A stretch of DNA of 64,000 nucleotides, taken from assembly GCF_042650885.1 (NCBI RefSeq), contig NZ_JBHSBU010000001.1, positions 398,679-462,678 on the forward strand, read 5' to 3'. How positions within the stretch are numbered: the first letter of the stretch is position 1; the number at the start of each line of letters is the position of its first letter. The position numbers and the translations under genes are program-made. Source of the stretch: Chitinimonas lacunae (lineage in GTDB: Bacteria > Pseudomonadota > Gammaproteobacteria > Burkholderiales > Chitinimonadaceae). Positions 20,624 to 31,436 of this stretch are shown in pieces. Under the pieces are notes generated by a model. The model did not search any database. It was not told the origin of the DNA and was given only the letters and a program-made list of their open reading frames with translations.

Positions 20624-21217
20624 TTGCATCCCAGGTCTGTCAATGCCCATAGCTGGCTGATTGCCTGGACCCTGGCGGCGTGCCTGCTCCCCTGCTGGAG
20701 CGGCACGCCGCTGTTCGTTCTGACGGCGGTAGCGCTGCCTGCGCTGGTGGCGCTACAAGCTAGGCGCTATTTTCAATACATTTGGCGTCTGAAGTGGATA
20801 GGTTCTGCCGTCCTCTTGTCCCAAATTTTGATTGATGGTATATCGCTGCGCTCGCTGCTTGGTGCGGCCGAGCCGCTGGCCCGGCTGGCCTTGCTGCTGG
20901 CTGCGCTGGCCGCCCTGACTGGCAGTCAGACACCTGCCCAGTTGCTGGCTGCCCTGTTCCGGCTGTTGCGACCGCTCGACTGGCTGGGTGACATGCGGGT
21001 GCGTTGGACCGTCCGTCTATGGCTGGCGCTCCGCTATGGCGAACAGGCGCTGGGCACGGGCGGCAGCCTGAACGAGCGGCTTGCCGTGCTGTCGGAGACG
21101 CAGGCGGCAGGCGAAGAAGTATTGGTGCTGGTTCTGCCGCCTCATACGGCGGCGGACTGGGTCTGGTTGGCGCTGGCGGTACTGCCGCTGGCATGGGGAA
21201 GCGTTTGGCTCGGATAG
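20624..21217 (+). CDS. hypothetical multi-pass membrane protein between fimV and truA (non-ATG start)
   Basis: High-GC coding-like 570-bp gap between fimV and truA; ORF encodes about 5 hydrophobic helices; no in-frame ATG near start and no clear RBS; overlaps truA start by 25 nt. Confidence 0.3.
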   Translation: MHPRSVNAHSWLIAWTLAACLLPCWSGTPLFVLTAVALPALVALQARRYFQYIWRLKWIGSAVLLSQILIDGISLRSLLGAAEPLARLALLLAALAALTGSQTPAQLLAALFRLLRPLDWLGDMRVRWTVRLWLALRYGEQALGTGGSLNERLAVLSETQAAGEEVLVLVLPPHTAADWVWLALAVLPLAWGSVWLG

Positions 21218-21990
21218 TTCTGGCAGTGGAATACGATGGTCGCGCCTTTTGCGGCTGGCAGTCGCAACCGGGCGGCGGGGCAGTGCAAGACGCCTTGGAA
21301 GCGGCGATTGCCCAGTTGGCCGGCCATCAGGTGCGGGTCCATGCTGCGGGCCGTACCGATGCCGGCGTCCATGCTGCGCAGCAGATTGTTCATTTCGACT
21401 GCGACGTCAATCGTCCTCTGACCGCCTGGGTTCGCGGCGTCAACAGTTTTCTGCCCGAGAGCGTGGCGGTGTTATGGTCGCGCGAGGTCGAGCCCGATTT
21501 CCATGCCCGCTTTTCCGCCACGGCACGCCATTACCGCTATTTACTGCTGAACCATCCAGTGCGGCCGGCGCTGCTGAGCGGCCGGGTCGGCTGGCATCAT
21601 GCGCCACTCGATCTGGAACGGATGCAGGCGGCGGCCGCCTGCCTGATCGGCACCCATGATTTCTCGAGTTTCCGCGCGGCCGAATGCCAGGCCCACTCCC
21701 CGGTCAAGCAACTGACCCGGTTCGAACTGCGGGCCGAGGGGCGAATGTTGATCTGCGATGTATCGGCCGGCGGCTTTCTGCATCATATGGTGCGCAATCT
21801 GATGGGGGCACTGGTCCATATCGGCCGAGGTGCGGCGCCGGCCGAGTGGATGACCGAATTGTTGGCGGCCCGTGACCGCCGCCTGGCGCCGCCAACTTTT
21901 ATGGCCGACGGATTATATTTCGCCGGCGTCAGCTATCCGGCCAGCTTTGGCATTGCCAGCGAGCCGACCTTCCGTCACCATCTGGTCTGA
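21193..21990 (+). CDS. truA: tRNA pseudouridine(38-40) synthase
   Basis: MGKRLARIVLAVEYDGRAFCGWQSQ...RTDAGVHA catalytic Asp motif; conserved fimV-truA-trpF linkage. Confidence 0.9.
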   Translation: MGKRLARIVLAVEYDGRAFCGWQSQPGGGAVQDALEAAIAQLAGHQVRVHAAGRTDAGVHAAQQIVHFDCDVNRPLTAWVRGVNSFLPESVAVLWSREVEPDFHARFSATARHYRYLLLNHPVRPALLSGRVGWHHAPLDLERMQAAAACLIGTHDFSSFRAAECQAHSPVKQLTRFELRAEGRMLICDVSAGGFLHHMVRNLMGALVHIGRGAAPAEWMTELLAARDRRLAPPTFMADGLYFAGVSYPASFGIASEPTFRHHLV

Positions 21991-22003
21991 TTCGATTTCC
22001 TGG

Positions 22004-22642
22004 ATGGCCATGGTGATTCCCCGCATCAAGATCTGCGGGCTGCGCGATATCGCTACAGCCCAGGCGGTGGCCCGGCTTGGTGCCGATGCCGTGGGCCTGG
22101 TGTTCTACCGGCCCAGTCCGCGCTATGTCGAGATCGAAGCTGCCGCTGCCATCGCCCGGGCCTTACCTGCTTTTGTTAGCTGCGTTGGTCTGTTTGTCGA
22201 TTGCCCCGAGGCGGAAATGGCCGCCATACTCGAGCGGGTGCCGCTCGATCTGCTGCAATTCCATGGTGACGAGACGCCCGAGCAGTGCCGCCGCTGGCAG
22301 CGGCCTTATATCAAGGCGGTACGGGTGAAACCAGGGCTCGATTTGTTAGAATACGCCGGGCGCTATGCCGACGCGCGCGGCCTGCTGTGCGATGCCTATT
22401 CGCCCGCTGCGCCCGGCGGCACGGGCGAACGCTTTGACTGGGGCCTGTTGCCGGCACAGCTGCCACTGCCTCTGATCCTGTCGGGCGGTCTCGACCCGGA
22501 CAATGTGGTAGCCGCCGTCGCTCAGGTGCGCCCATGGGCGGTCGATGTCTCAAGCGGGGTGGAGCGCGCCCGTGGCAGCAAGGATCTCGAACGGGTGGCG
22601 CGTTTCATCGCCGCCGCCAAACAAACTTCCTTTTCCGGATAA
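22004..22642 (+). CDS. trpF: phosphoribosylanthranilate isomerase
   Basis: M(AM)VIPRIKICGL... PRAI family; start 22004 or 22010. Confidence 0.88.
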   Translation: MAMVIPRIKICGLRDIATAQAVARLGADAVGLVFYRPSPRYVEIEAAAAIARALPAFVSCVGLFVDCPEAEMAAILERVPLDLLQFHGDETPEQCRRWQRPYIKAVRVKPGLDLLEYAGRYADARGLLCDAYSPAAPGGTGERFDWGLLPAQLPLPLILSGGLDPDNVVAAVAQVRPWAVDVSSGVERARGSKDLERVARFIAAAKQTSFSG

Positions 22643-22645
22643 GCC

Positions 22646-23869
22646 ATGCAAGCTGATGCTCAGCCGAACCTGACCGACTATCAACAGCCTGACGAATCGG
22701 GCCATTTCGGCCGCTACGGCGGTGTCTATGTGGCCGAGACCCTGATGGCGGCGCTCGACGAACTCAATGCGGAATACCTGCGCGCCAAGGCCGATCCGGA
22801 TTTCCTGGCCGAATTCCGCCACGAGCTGCGCCACTATGTCGGCCGGCCCTCGCCGATCTACCACTGCAAACGCTGGTCCGAGCAATTGGGCGGTGCCCAG
22901 ATCTACCTCAAGCGCGAAGACCTCAACCATACCGGCGCCCATAAGGTCAACAACACCATCGGTCAGGCGCTGCTGGCGCGGCGGATGGGCAAGAAACGGG
23001 TGATCGCCGAAACCGGCGCCGGTCAGCATGGCGTTGCGTCCGCCACCGTCGCTGCGCGTTACGGACTTGAATGCGTGGTCTATATGGGTGCCGAGGACGT
23101 CAAGCGTCAGGCGCCCAATGTCTACCGTATCAAGCTGCTCGGCGCCACCGTGGTGCCGGTCGAGAGCGGCAGCAAGACCCTCAAGGACGCCATGAACGAA
23201 GCCATGCGCGACTGGGTCACCAATATCGACACCACCTACTACATCATCGGCACCGCCGCCGGTCCCCATCCCTATCCGACCCTGGTGCGCGACTTCCAGT
23301 GCGTGATCGGCGAAGAATCCAAACAGCAGATGCTGGAACAGGCCGGACGCCAGCCCGATCTGGTGGTGGCCTGCGTGGGCGGCGGTTCCAACGCCATTGG
23401 GATGTTCCACCCCTATATCGGCGAGACGGCTGTGCGGCTGATCGGCGTCGAGGCGGGCGGTGAGGGCGTCGAGACCGGCCGTCATGCAGCCCCGCTGTCG
23501 GTCGGCACACCCGGCGTACTGCATGGCAATCGCACCTATCTGATGCAGGACGGCCATGGCCAGATCATCGAGACCCACTCGATTTCGGCCGGTCTGGACT
23601 ACCCGGGCGTCGGCCCTGAGCACAGCTACCTCAAGGATATCGGCCGGGTCGAATACACGGCCGCCACCGATGGCGAGGCGCTGACCGCTTTCCACGATCT
23701 GTGCCGTTTCGAGGGCATTATTCCGGCGCTGGAGTCGAGTCATGCGCTGGCCTACGCCCGCCGCGTCGCCCCCACGCTGACGCGCGACCAGATCATTCTC
23801 GTCAACCTGTCCGGTCGCGGCGATAAGGACATCCCGTCCGTCGCCCGTCTGTCCGGCATCGAGCTATAA
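22646..23869 (+). CDS. trpB: tryptophan synthase beta chain
   Basis: Canonical TrpB ([12 protein letters not shown] lysine region). Confidence 0.95.
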   Translation: MQADAQPNLTDYQQPDESGHFGRYGGVYVAETLMAALDELNAEYLRAKADPDFLAEFRHELRHYVGRPSPIYHCKRWSEQLGGAQIYLKREDLNHTGAHKVNNTIGQALLARRMGKKRVIAETGAGQHGVASATVAARYGLECVVYMGAEDVKRQAPNVYRIKLLGATVVPVESGSKTLKDAMNEAMRDWVTNIDTTYYIIGTAAGPHPYPTLVRDFQCVIGEESKQQMLEQAGRQPDLVVACVGGGSNAIGMFHPYIGETAVRLIGVEAGGEGVETGRHAAPLSVGTPGVLHGNRTYLMQDGHGQIIETHSISAGLDYPGVGPEHSYLKDIGRVEYTAATDGEALTAFHDLCRFEGIIPALESSHALAYARRVAPTLTRDQIILVNLSGRGDKDIPSVARLSGIEL

Positions 23870-23872
23870 GCG

Positions 23873-24676
23873 ATGAGCCGCATCCAAACCGTATTCGAGC
23901 GCCTGCGCGAGCAGGGCAAGCAGGCACTGATCCCGTTCATCACGGCCGGCGACCCGCATCCGGCGGCCACCGTCGGGCTGATGCACGCCCTGGTGGCGGG
24001 CGGAGCCGATATCGTCGAGCTGGGCGTGCCGTTTTCCGATCCGATGGCCGATGGCCCGGTGATCCAGCGCGCCTCGGAACGTGCGCTGGCCCATCGGGTC
24101 AGTCTGCGTGACGTGCTCGATATCGTGCGCGATTTCCGTCGCAAGGACAGCCATACGCCGGTGGTGCTGATGGGTTATGCCAATCCGATCGAAGCCATGG
24201 GTTATCACGCCTTTGCCACTGCCGCGCGCGAAGTCGGCGTCGATGGTGCGCTGACAGTCGATATGCCGCCCGAAGAAGCCGAAGCCCTGGTGGCGGCACT
24301 GGTCGAGGCCGGCATCGATCCGATCTTCCTGCTGGCGCCGACCACGCCACCCGCCCGGGTCGATGCCGTGGCGCGGATGGTGCGTGGCTATGCCTATTAC
24401 GTGTCGCTCAAGGGGGTCACGGGCGCCGGTCACCTTGATCTGGCCGATGTCGAGCAGCGGCTGGGCGAATTGCGCAGCCGGCTGGCCGTGCCGGTCGGGG
24501 TGGGCTTCGGTATCCGCGACGCTGCCTCGGCCCAGGCGATTTCCCGCTTGGCCGATGCGGTGGTGATCGGCAGCCGTCTGGTGCAGGAGATCGAGCAGAA
24601 CGGTGCCGATGCCGCGCCAAGGCTGACAGCCCTGTTGCGGGAGATACGCACCGCCATGGATAATTCCCGCGCCTGA
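23873..24676 (+). CDS. trpA: tryptophan synthase alpha chain
   Basis: Canonical TrpA ([17 protein letters not shown]). Confidence 0.93.
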   Translation: MSRIQTVFERLREQGKQALIPFITAGDPHPAATVGLMHALVAGGADIVELGVPFSDPMADGPVIQRASERALAHRVSLRDVLDIVRDFRRKDSHTPVVLMGYANPIEAMGYHAFATAAREVGVDGALTVDMPPEEAEALVAALVEAGIDPIFLLAPTTPPARVDAVARMVRGYAYYVSLKGVTGAGHLDLADVEQRLGELRSRLAVPVGVGFGIRDAASAQAISRLADAVVIGSRLVQEIEQNGADAAPRLTALLREIRTAMDNSRA

Positions 24677-24683
24677 TCGTGAC

Positions 24684-24712
24684 GGGGCCGCTGATGCGGC
24701 CCTTGTCTTTTC
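24684..24712 (+). terminator. rho-independent terminator after trpA
   Basis: GGCCGC-tgat-GCGGCC hairpin followed by TTGTCTTTT. Confidence 0.55.
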
Positions 24713-24797
24713 AAGCGCTTGATCGGCCTCTATGGTACAGAGGTCGAGACGACCACCGGCCCGGGAGCCGTTTGTGCCGTCAAGGCAGGAGACAGAG

Positions 24798-25667
24798 ATG
24801 AGTTGGTTACAGAAATTATTGCCGCCCAAGATCAAAGCCAAGCCTCAGGGTTCGACCAAGTCGGTGCCCGAAGGCTTGTGGAGCAAGTGTGCGGCCTGCG
24901 AGGCGGTGCTCTATCGCACCGATCTCGACAATAATCTCGATGTCTGCCCCAAATGCAGCCATCACAACGCCATCAGCGCGCGCAAGCGGCTCGATTATCT
25001 GCTCGACCGCGAAGGCCGCTTCGAGATCGGTGCCGAAGTGCGGCCGGTCGATATTCTCAAGTTCAAGGATTCCAAGCGCTACCCCGAACGGCTCGAAGCC
25101 GCCCGTGAGGCTGCCGGCGAAGAAGACGCGCTGGTGGTGATGCAGGGCGCGATCCATAGCGTGCCGGTGGTGGTGGCGGCCTTCGAGTTCAAATTCATCG
25201 GCGGTTCGATGGGCTCGGTGGTCGGCGAGCGTTTTGTGCGCGGGGTCAAGACCGCCATCGAAAACGGCTGTCCGTTTATCTGCGTGTCGGCCTCAGGTGG
25301 TGCACGGATGCAGGAAGGGCTGATGGCCCTGATGCAGATGGCCAAGACCTCGGCCATCCTGACCCGGCTGGCCGAACATCGGCTGCCGTTTATCTCGGTG
25401 CTGACCGACCCGACCATGGGTGGCGTGTCGGCCTCGTTTGCCTTTCTTGGTGATGTGGTGGTGGCCGAGCCGGGTGCCCTGATCGGTTTCGCCGGCCCGC
25501 GCGTGATCGCCCAGACGGTGCGCGAAACCTTGCCCGAAGGCTTCCAGCGTGCCGAATTCCTGCTGACCAAAGGCGCACTCGACTTTATCGTCGACCGGCG
25601 CGAGATGCGTGCCCGGATCGCGGGCGTGTTGACGCTGCTCCAGCGGCAACCGGCGGTGGCCGCTTGA
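24798..25667 (+). CDS. accD: acetyl-CoA carboxylase carboxyltransferase beta subunit
   Basis: [13 protein letters not shown]... N-terminal Zn ribbon CxxC...CxxC, carboxyltransferase domain; RBS AGGAGA. Confidence 0.92.
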   Translation: MSWLQKLLPPKIKAKPQGSTKSVPEGLWSKCAACEAVLYRTDLDNNLDVCPKCSHHNAISARKRLDYLLDREGRFEIGAEVRPVDILKFKDSKRYPERLEAAREAAGEEDALVVMQGAIHSVPVVVAAFEFKFIGGSMGSVVGERFVRGVKTAIENGCPFICVSASGGARMQEGLMALMQMAKTSAILTRLAEHRLPFISVLTDPTMGGVSASFAFLGDVVVAEPGALIGFAGPRVIAQTVRETLPEGFQRAEFLLTKGALDFIVDRREMRARIAGVLTLLQRQPAVAA

Positions 25668-26794
25668 TCGTTGACAGTGTCGATGCCATTGCCCGGCTTG
25701 ATGTCGCCCGGTGGAATGCCCTGGCCGGCTCGCAGCCGTTCATTGGCCATGGCTTTCTCGCTGCCCTGGAGCAAAGCGGCGCCGTTGGCGGCAAGAGCGG
25801 CTGGATGCCCTGTCATCTGGCGCTGCGACAGGACGATCATCTGCTCGGCGCCATGCCGCTCTACCTCAAGTCGCATTCCTACGGCGAATATGTGTTCGAC
25901 TGGAGCTGGGCCGACGCCTATCAGCGCGCCGGCGGCGCCTACTATCCCAAACTGGTCTGCGCCGTCCCGTTCACCCCGGTACCTGGTCCGCGACTGCTGG
26001 CCGACTCGCTCAGCAATGCTGAACGACTGCTCGATGGCGCCGTGGCACTGGCCGAGCGCCAGGCGCTATCGAGCATCCATCTGCTGTTTCCCGAACCGGT
26101 CGCCGATGCGGCGCTGCGCGAGCGCGGCTGGTTATGTCGCGAAGGGGTGCAGTTCCACTGGCATAACGCCGGCTACCGCGATTTTGCCGACTTTCTGGCA
26201 GCACTGTCGCACGATAAGCGCAAGAAAATCCGGCAGGAACGGCGTCGTCTGGCCGAAGCGGGGGTCGAGGTGGTGCGGCGCCAGGGTGCGGCCATTACGG
26301 CCGAGGACTGGGCCTTTTTCTATCGCTGCTATGTCACGACCTATCTGACCCATCGCTCCACCCCCTATCTGTCGCTCGATTTCTTTGAACGTCTTGGGAC
26401 GACCCTGCCGGAGAGCTGTCTGCTGATCCTGGCTTACCAGAACGGCCGGCCGATTGCGGCGGCACTCGATATCGACGATGGCACGCGGCTCTATGGTCGT
26501 TACTGGGGGGCCGAGGTCTATGTGCCCAATCTGCATTTCGAACTGTGCTACTACCAGGGAATCGAACATGCGATAGCACGCGGCTTGGCGGTGTTCGAAG
26601 GGGGCGCCCAGGGCGAACACAAGCTGGCGCGCGGTTTTACCCCGGTGCGGACCCGTTCGTTCCATTGGCTGGCCGACCCGGTTTTCCGGCTGGCAGTGGA
26701 GCGTTTTTTGCAGCGTGAAGAGCGGGGCGTCACCCATTATTTGTCGGAACTCGATGAGCGGCTACCGTTCCGGCATGAGCCCTTGGAAATATAG
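25664..26794 (+). CDS. GNAT-fold acyltransferase of the DUF482/COG3146 (FemAB-like) family
   Basis: Characteristic ...[11 protein letters not shown]...[22 protein letters not shown]...YYPKL...PFTP... pattern; start overlaps accD stop (ATGA). Confidence 0.7.
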   Translation: MIVDSVDAIARLDVARWNALAGSQPFIGHGFLAALEQSGAVGGKSGWMPCHLALRQDDHLLGAMPLYLKSHSYGEYVFDWSWADAYQRAGGAYYPKLVCAVPFTPVPGPRLLADSLSNAERLLDGAVALAERQALSSIHLLFPEPVADAALRERGWLCREGVQFHWHNAGYRDFADFLAALSHDKRKKIRQERRRLAEAGVEVVRRQGAAITAEDWAFFYRCYVTTYLTHRSTPYLSLDFFERLGTTLPESCLLILAYQNGRPIAAALDIDDGTRLYGRYWGAEVYVPNLHFELCYYQGIEHAIARGLAVFEGGAQGEHKLARGFTPVRTRSFHWLADPVFRLAVERFLQREERGVTHYLSELDERLPFRHEPLEI

Positions 26795-26976
26795 AAAATA
26801 TTCATTTTTCTATTTATCCGTTATTGGTGCTTGCAAAGGGTTTTCCTGTTTTTTTAATATCGCGTGTTTGTCCATTCTGATCGATTCGATTGGCGGCTGA
26901 AGGCGCGAGGTCTATGCCGCCCTTGATCCGGTGTCATCGGCAAGGGCGGGACACGATTCCACACAAGGAAGGGGCA

Positions 26977-27918
26977 ATGGTGCAGACGGCGTCGCTGGAC
27001 GAGGCGGTCGAGCAGGAATCACTGTTTATCGACGTGGATGGGGGGGATCGGCTGCATCTGCGCCGTATCCGGACCGGCAGCGCCGGGCCGGCGCTGCTGC
27101 TGATCCATGGCGCCATCTCCAATGGCCGGGTGTTCTACAGCGAGCGCGGGCGCGGCCTGGGCCCCTGGCTGGCGCGGCGCGGCTACGATGTGTTTGTGCT
27201 CGATCTGCGGGGTCGCGGCCGCAGTGAGCCGTCGATCGATCGCCGCAGCGCCCATGGCCAGACCGAGGCAATCACGATCGATCTGCCGGCGGCGTTTGGC
27301 TTGATCGAGACCTTGCGTCCCGCTGCACCATTGGGCTGTGTGGCCCATTCCTGGGGCGGGGTGTACCTCTCGTCCTGTCTGGCGCGGCGGCCGGAGCTGG
27401 CACGTCGCGTAGCGGCCAGTGTCTATCTGGGTAGCAAGCGCAGTATCCGGGTGCGCAACTGGCGCCGTCTGCTCGAGATCGACCTGATCTGGCAACGGGC
27501 CGCTTCGTGGATTGTGCGCCGTCATGGCTATCTCGATGCCGCGCGCTATCGGATCGGGATGGAAGCCGAGACGGCCAAGAGCCTGCGGCAGAGCCAGGAG
27601 TGGGTTCGGGCCAAGGACTGGCGCGATAGTGACGACGGCTTTGATTACGCCGCAGCACTGAAACAGCAGTGTTTGCCGCCGACCCTGTACCTGGCTGGTC
27701 GGGCCGACCCGTGCCGGGGGCATGCCGATGATGTGGCCCGTTTTATTGCTGAGTCGGGTCCGCATCTGCACCGCTTGCAATTGCTCGGCCGCAACGAGGG
27801 TTTATCTCGTGATTACGGCCATGTCGATATGCTGACTTCCGAGGCGGCCGAGCGTGAAGTTTATCCGCTGATTGTTCAGTGGTTGGATGACCATCTGGAG
27901 CAACTCACAGGAAAATGA
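26977..27918 (+). CDS. alpha/beta hydrolase
   Basis: HGAISNGRVFY oxyanion region, AHSWGG nucleophile elbow; AAGGAAGGGG RBS before ATG 26977. The tracked ORF is over-extended upstream. Confidence 0.7.
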   Translation: MVQTASLDEAVEQESLFIDVDGGDRLHLRRIRTGSAGPALLLIHGAISNGRVFYSERGRGLGPWLARRGYDVFVLDLRGRGRSEPSIDRRSAHGQTEAITIDLPAAFGLIETLRPAAPLGCVAHSWGGVYLSSCLARRPELARRVAASVYLGSKRSIRVRNWRRLLEIDLIWQRAASWIVRRHGYLDAARYRIGMEAETAKSLRQSQEWVRAKDWRDSDDGFDYAAALKQQCLPPTLYLAGRADPCRGHADDVARFIAESGPHLHRLQLLGRNEGLSRDYGHVDMLTSEAAEREVYPLIVQWLDDHLEQLTGK

Positions 27919-28192
27919 CTGATGGGTCATATTACTGTTTTAGCTGATAACGCGAAATTTCTGAGGAAAAACAAAGATTTGACGGGCGTTAATGCTGCCG
28001 TTTGCCACGAGGTTGACTAGACATAGGCGCAAGCATTATTATGCGCTTATATGCCATTGCACTTGTGGCGGGATACGGTATAAACTGCGCCGGCCCATAG
28101 GTGCTGGGCGTGGTTGGGCCTGTCCGGTCTAAGCGGTGTAAGATCGCTGAGGACCGATAGGTGGCATGCCCTGACAACTCGGAGCGAGGACC

Positions 28193-30640
28193 ATGTTCGG
28201 ACACCCCAAAACTAACGCTGCCGCCCGGCAATCGGCGATCGAGCCCAAGGCAATGAGCAAACCTGAAACGCTGGCCATGCTGTCCTCGTGCCGTGATCTG
28301 GCGGCGGATTTGCTATGTCGCTCCTTGTCCTCGATGCTCGACAAGATCGAGGAATCGCTGTTCGAGCTGGCCGAAAAGGCCGGTGATCGCGACACCCAGA
28401 ATCTCTATCTACAGGCACGCGGCGAATCGCAGGCCAAGCGTGCGGCCATCGAGGCCGAGTTCCGTCGCCAGTTCGTGGCCGGCTTCAACCGGATGACCGC
28501 CCCGGGTGCCAAGGGCGAGGCCAAGTCGTTTGACCAGCTCGATTTCGACAATCTCGAACTGTCGCTGGTCGGCCATGACGATTACGAAGAAAACCTGACC
28601 GTCAGCAATATCGCCACCCGGCTCAAGAACAGCTGTGGCGAGGAGCTGGTGGCGCTCAACCATCGCATCGGCAGTCTGATGCAGTTGCCCGAATCCGAAG
28701 TGGGCGACAATCCGGTCAGTCCCGATGCCATCGTCGATGCCTTCCGTGCCGCCTGCAAGCAGATCGAGAGCGATCTCAATGTGCGGCTGCTGGTGCTCAA
28801 GCAATTCGAGCAGGTGGCTGCCGACAATGTCAGCAATGTCTATCAGAACCTCAATCAATTCCTGATCCAGCGCAATATCCTGCCGGTGCTGCCCAAGCAG
28901 GGCTATCGCCGGCGCCAGAGCGGCGGCCAGCGCGGCGGTGGCGGGGCGGCGGCCGGGCTGCCCGGTGGTGAGATGGGCAGCCAGATCGCCGCTGCGCCCG
29001 AAGTGCCGGCCTATGCTGCCGGTAACGAGCAGGAGCTGATCAATACGCTGCAGCAACTGCTGGCGCTCAACCAGGCCATGCAGGGCAATGTGGCACCGGC
29101 AGGTGGCCCGGCGGTGGCGGGGCAACTGCCGATGGGCATGCCGCAGATCCCAGCCGCGATGTTTGCCAGCGGCGTCGGCCAGAGCTTTCTCGATGCGCTC
29201 AATTTCTTGCAGCAAGGCGATATCGAACAGGCACTGACCGATCCGGGCGACCTTGACCGGGTGGCCCTGGTGGGCGGCACCGGCAATGTGCTGCACCAGA
29301 TCAAGACCACCAGCCTGGCCCATTCGCTGGGCCACGTCGATGCGATGACGGTCGATATCGTCGCGATGCTGTTCGACTATATCTTCGACGATAAGAACAT
29401 CCCACAGCCGATGAAGGCGCTGATCGGGCGCCTCCAGATTCCGGTGCTCAAGGTGGCGATGCTCGACACCAAGTTCTTCGCCCGCAAAACCCATCCCACG
29501 CGCAAGCTGCTCGATACGCTGGCCGTGGCGGCGCTGGGCTGGGACGAGTCCGATGGCACTGACGATCGCCTGTACCAGAAGATTGCCGGTGCGGTCGAGA
29601 ATATCGTCACCAACTTCGATGAAAACCTCGGCATCTTCCAGGAAACCCTGACCGATCTGGAACAATTCCTGATCGAGGAAGAGCAGCGCGCCACGGCTGC
29701 CGCCGAAGAAGCGGCCCAGTCGCTGGTCGAAGCGGAAAAGCGCGAGCTGGCCGAGATTCTGGCCGACGAGAGCGTGGCGCAGCGTGTGCTGACGCCCGAA
29801 TTGCCCGAACTGATCAAGGATTTCCTGCTGCGGCAATGGCAGCCGGTACTCAAACATATCGCACTGGTGCAAAGCGAGCAGAGCGATAACTGGCGCCTGG
29901 CTTTGCAGGCGATGGACGATCTGGTCTGGAGCGTCGCGCCCAAGGTCGGTGTCGAAGAGCGGCTCAAGCTGGTCAATATGCTGCCGCGCCTGCTCAAGCA
30001 GCTCGAACGCGGCACTGAGGCCGTCGGTATCGAGCGCGGCATGCGTGAAGCCTTCTTTGCCGAACTGGTGCGCTGTCACGCCAATGCCATCAAGTCGGGC
30101 CTCAAGAGTGCCGATCCGGCCGCTCAAGCCGTGGCCGCTCCGGCGCCCATCGGTGCCCAGACAACGATCGCGACGCCGGTTCCTGCAGCCGCGTTGGCCA
30201 GCACCGCAGCCGAACCGCCGATTCCACGCGTCGTGGCCGCGGCCGCCGTGCTGGCGCCGGTGGCTGCCAATGTGGCCGAGTCGCCGCTGGGCGATGCGGG
30301 CGGGCTGAGCGCCTTTGAAGTCAATAATCCGAATTGGGATGCCGGGCTCGACAAATACCAGGACTACGACGATGTGGTCGCCAACCAGCTCAAACGCGGC
30401 ACCTGGATCGAGTTCATCCAGCCTAACGGCGAAGCATCGCGGGTCAAGCTGACCTGGGTCAGCCCGCGCAAGAGCCGCTTTCTGTTTACCAACCGCCAAG
30501 GCCAGAATGGTCTGGAATTCACTCTGGTCGATCTGGTCGGCATGTTCAAGCGCGGCGAAGCCCGTCTGCTCGAAGGTGGCCCGCTGGTCGAGCGTGCGGT
30601 CAGCGATATGATCGATATGCTGCAACCGGGGAATGCGTAA
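28193..30640 (+). CDS. large (815 aa) DUF1631-like protein of unknown function
   Basis: Long ORF with GAGG RBS, Gly/Ala-rich and Ala/Pro-rich low-complexity linkers, conserved-looking C-terminal module (...GTWIEFIQPNGEASRVKLTWVSPRKSRFLFTNRQGQNG...); family assignment from memory of DUF1631 proteins, not verifiable here. Confidence 0.55.
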   Translation: MFGHPKTNAAARQSAIEPKAMSKPETLAMLSSCRDLAADLLCRSLSSMLDKIEESLFELAEKAGDRDTQNLYLQARGESQAKRAAIEAEFRRQFVAGFNRMTAPGAKGEAKSFDQLDFDNLELSLVGHDDYEENLTVSNIATRLKNSCGEELVALNHRIGSLMQLPESEVGDNPVSPDAIVDAFRAACKQIESDLNVRLLVLKQFEQVAADNVSNVYQNLNQFLIQRNILPVLPKQGYRRRQSGGQRGGGGAAAGLPGGEMGSQIAAAPEVPAYAAGNEQELINTLQQLLALNQAMQGNVAPAGGPAVAGQLPMGMPQIPAAMFASGVGQSFLDALNFLQQGDIEQALTDPGDLDRVALVGGTGNVLHQIKTTSLAHSLGHVDAMTVDIVAMLFDYIFDDKNIPQPMKALIGRLQIPVLKVAMLDTKFFARKTHPTRKLLDTLAVAALGWDESDGTDDRLYQKIAGAVENIVTNFDENLGIFQETLTDLEQFLIEEEQRATAAAEEAAQSLVEAEKRELAEILADESVAQRVLTPELPELIKDFLLRQWQPVLKHIALVQSEQSDNWRLALQAMDDLVWSVAPKVGVEERLKLVNMLPRLLKQLERGTEAVGIERGMREAFFAELVRCHANAIKSGLKSADPAAQAVAAPAPIGAQTTIATPVPAAALASTAAEPPIPRVVAAAAVLAPVAANVAESPLGDAGGLSAFEVNNPNWDAGLDKYQDYDDVVANQLKRGTWIEFIQPNGEASRVKLTWVSPRKSRFLFTNRQGQNGLEFTLVDLVGMFKRGEARLLEGGPLVERAVSDMIDMLQPGNA

Positions 30641-30699
30641 CCGTTTCCATCAGCGCGTCTGCCGGTGCATCTATACTGAATTTTCTGTCGAGTGACTAT

Positions 30700-30724
30700 G
30701 CCCGCTGCCCAGCGGGCGTTTTTT
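30700..30724 (+). terminator. strong rho-independent terminator after the DUF1631-like gene
   Basis: GCCCGCTG-cc-CAGCGGGC stem followed by GTTTTTT. Confidence 0.65.
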
Positions 30725-30949
30725 ATGGCGAAGGCTGGAGAATTCAGCAAATTAAATTTTTATGAAAACTGATTGCTAGACCTGTGGTGAATATAAAAGA
30801 AATAGAAAATATTCTCCACCATCGCCAGAAGTCCTGACTTAACTTCCCCCTTCTTCGGCCCTACGGTGTGCCCATTGCGGACCCTGAGCAATCAGCTCCG
30901 CCCAACTTGTCCACGCCTCAAACCTGGCCATCCACTGCCTGTCCGCGAC

Positions 30950-30994
30950 CCTCTGCAAAACAAAACGCGCCGTTTCCTGAGGGAAACGACGCGC
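30950..30994 (-). terminator. rho-independent terminator after zinc-ribbon gene (minus strand)
   Basis: On minus strand, GCGCGTCGTTTCC-ctca-GGAAACGGCGC hairpin followed by GTTTTGTTTTG. Confidence 0.5.
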
Positions 30995-31010
30995 TTGAGA
31001 AAGAGCGCCC

Positions 31011-31436
31011 TCACGGTGTTTTGTTGCGACCGGGAAACGGTGGTCGACGACGCTGTCTGCAGGGCAGACAACGAATGGCGGTGGAGTAGACGTAGCCCTT
31101 GGCTGTCTCGTACCACCACTGTTGCTGGGCCGCGCGCCAGACCTGGTGGCTACCGCAGTCGCGGCAGGTAAAGGCTTGATCCTCGTAGTAGCCGCGTCGG
31201 AGGAATTCCGGTTCGTCGTAGCTGTTGAACGGCGCCAACAGGTTCCGGTTGACGCGAAGGCAGTGTTTGGGCCGTGGCCCTGGCAGGCCGGGGGTGAGCT
31301 TGGCGAGCTGCTCGCGTTGTTGTCGATGTTTGCGCCGCAGTTTGATGGCGGCGCGTTTCTGTTTTCCGCTCTGCACTGCGGGGCGCTTGGCGGAAGCAAG
31401 GGCGCCAGTCCTGACGCTGGTGAAATGCCGGTTCAT
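31011..31436 (-). CDS. basic zinc-ribbon protein (CxxC...CxxC), partner of SPFH gene
   Basis: 141-aa ORF, Lys/Arg-rich N-terminus, C-terminal CRDCG...CLPC; start overlaps SPFH gene stop (ATGA at 31433-31436). Confidence 0.5.
   Translation of the reverse strand: MNRHFTSVRTGALASAKRPAVQSGKQKRAAIKLRRKHRQQREQLAKLTPGLPGPRPKHCLRVNRNLLAPFNSYDEPEFLRRGYYEDQAFTCRDCGSHQVWRAAQQQWWYETAKGYVYSTAIRCLPCRQRRRPPFPGRNKTP

Noticed and set aside
28409-30625. 738-aa minus-strand ORF antisense to the DUF1631-like gene; also 42786-44846 (+), 48421-50448 (+), 55792-57774 (-), 36680-38053 (-), 47067-48305 (+), 22550-24841 (-)
   Set aside because: All are shadow ORFs opposite clearly recognisable genes (S9 peptidase, AcrB, GGDEF protein, YheS, MacA, TrpB/TrpA); GC-skewed third positions create stop-free antisense frames
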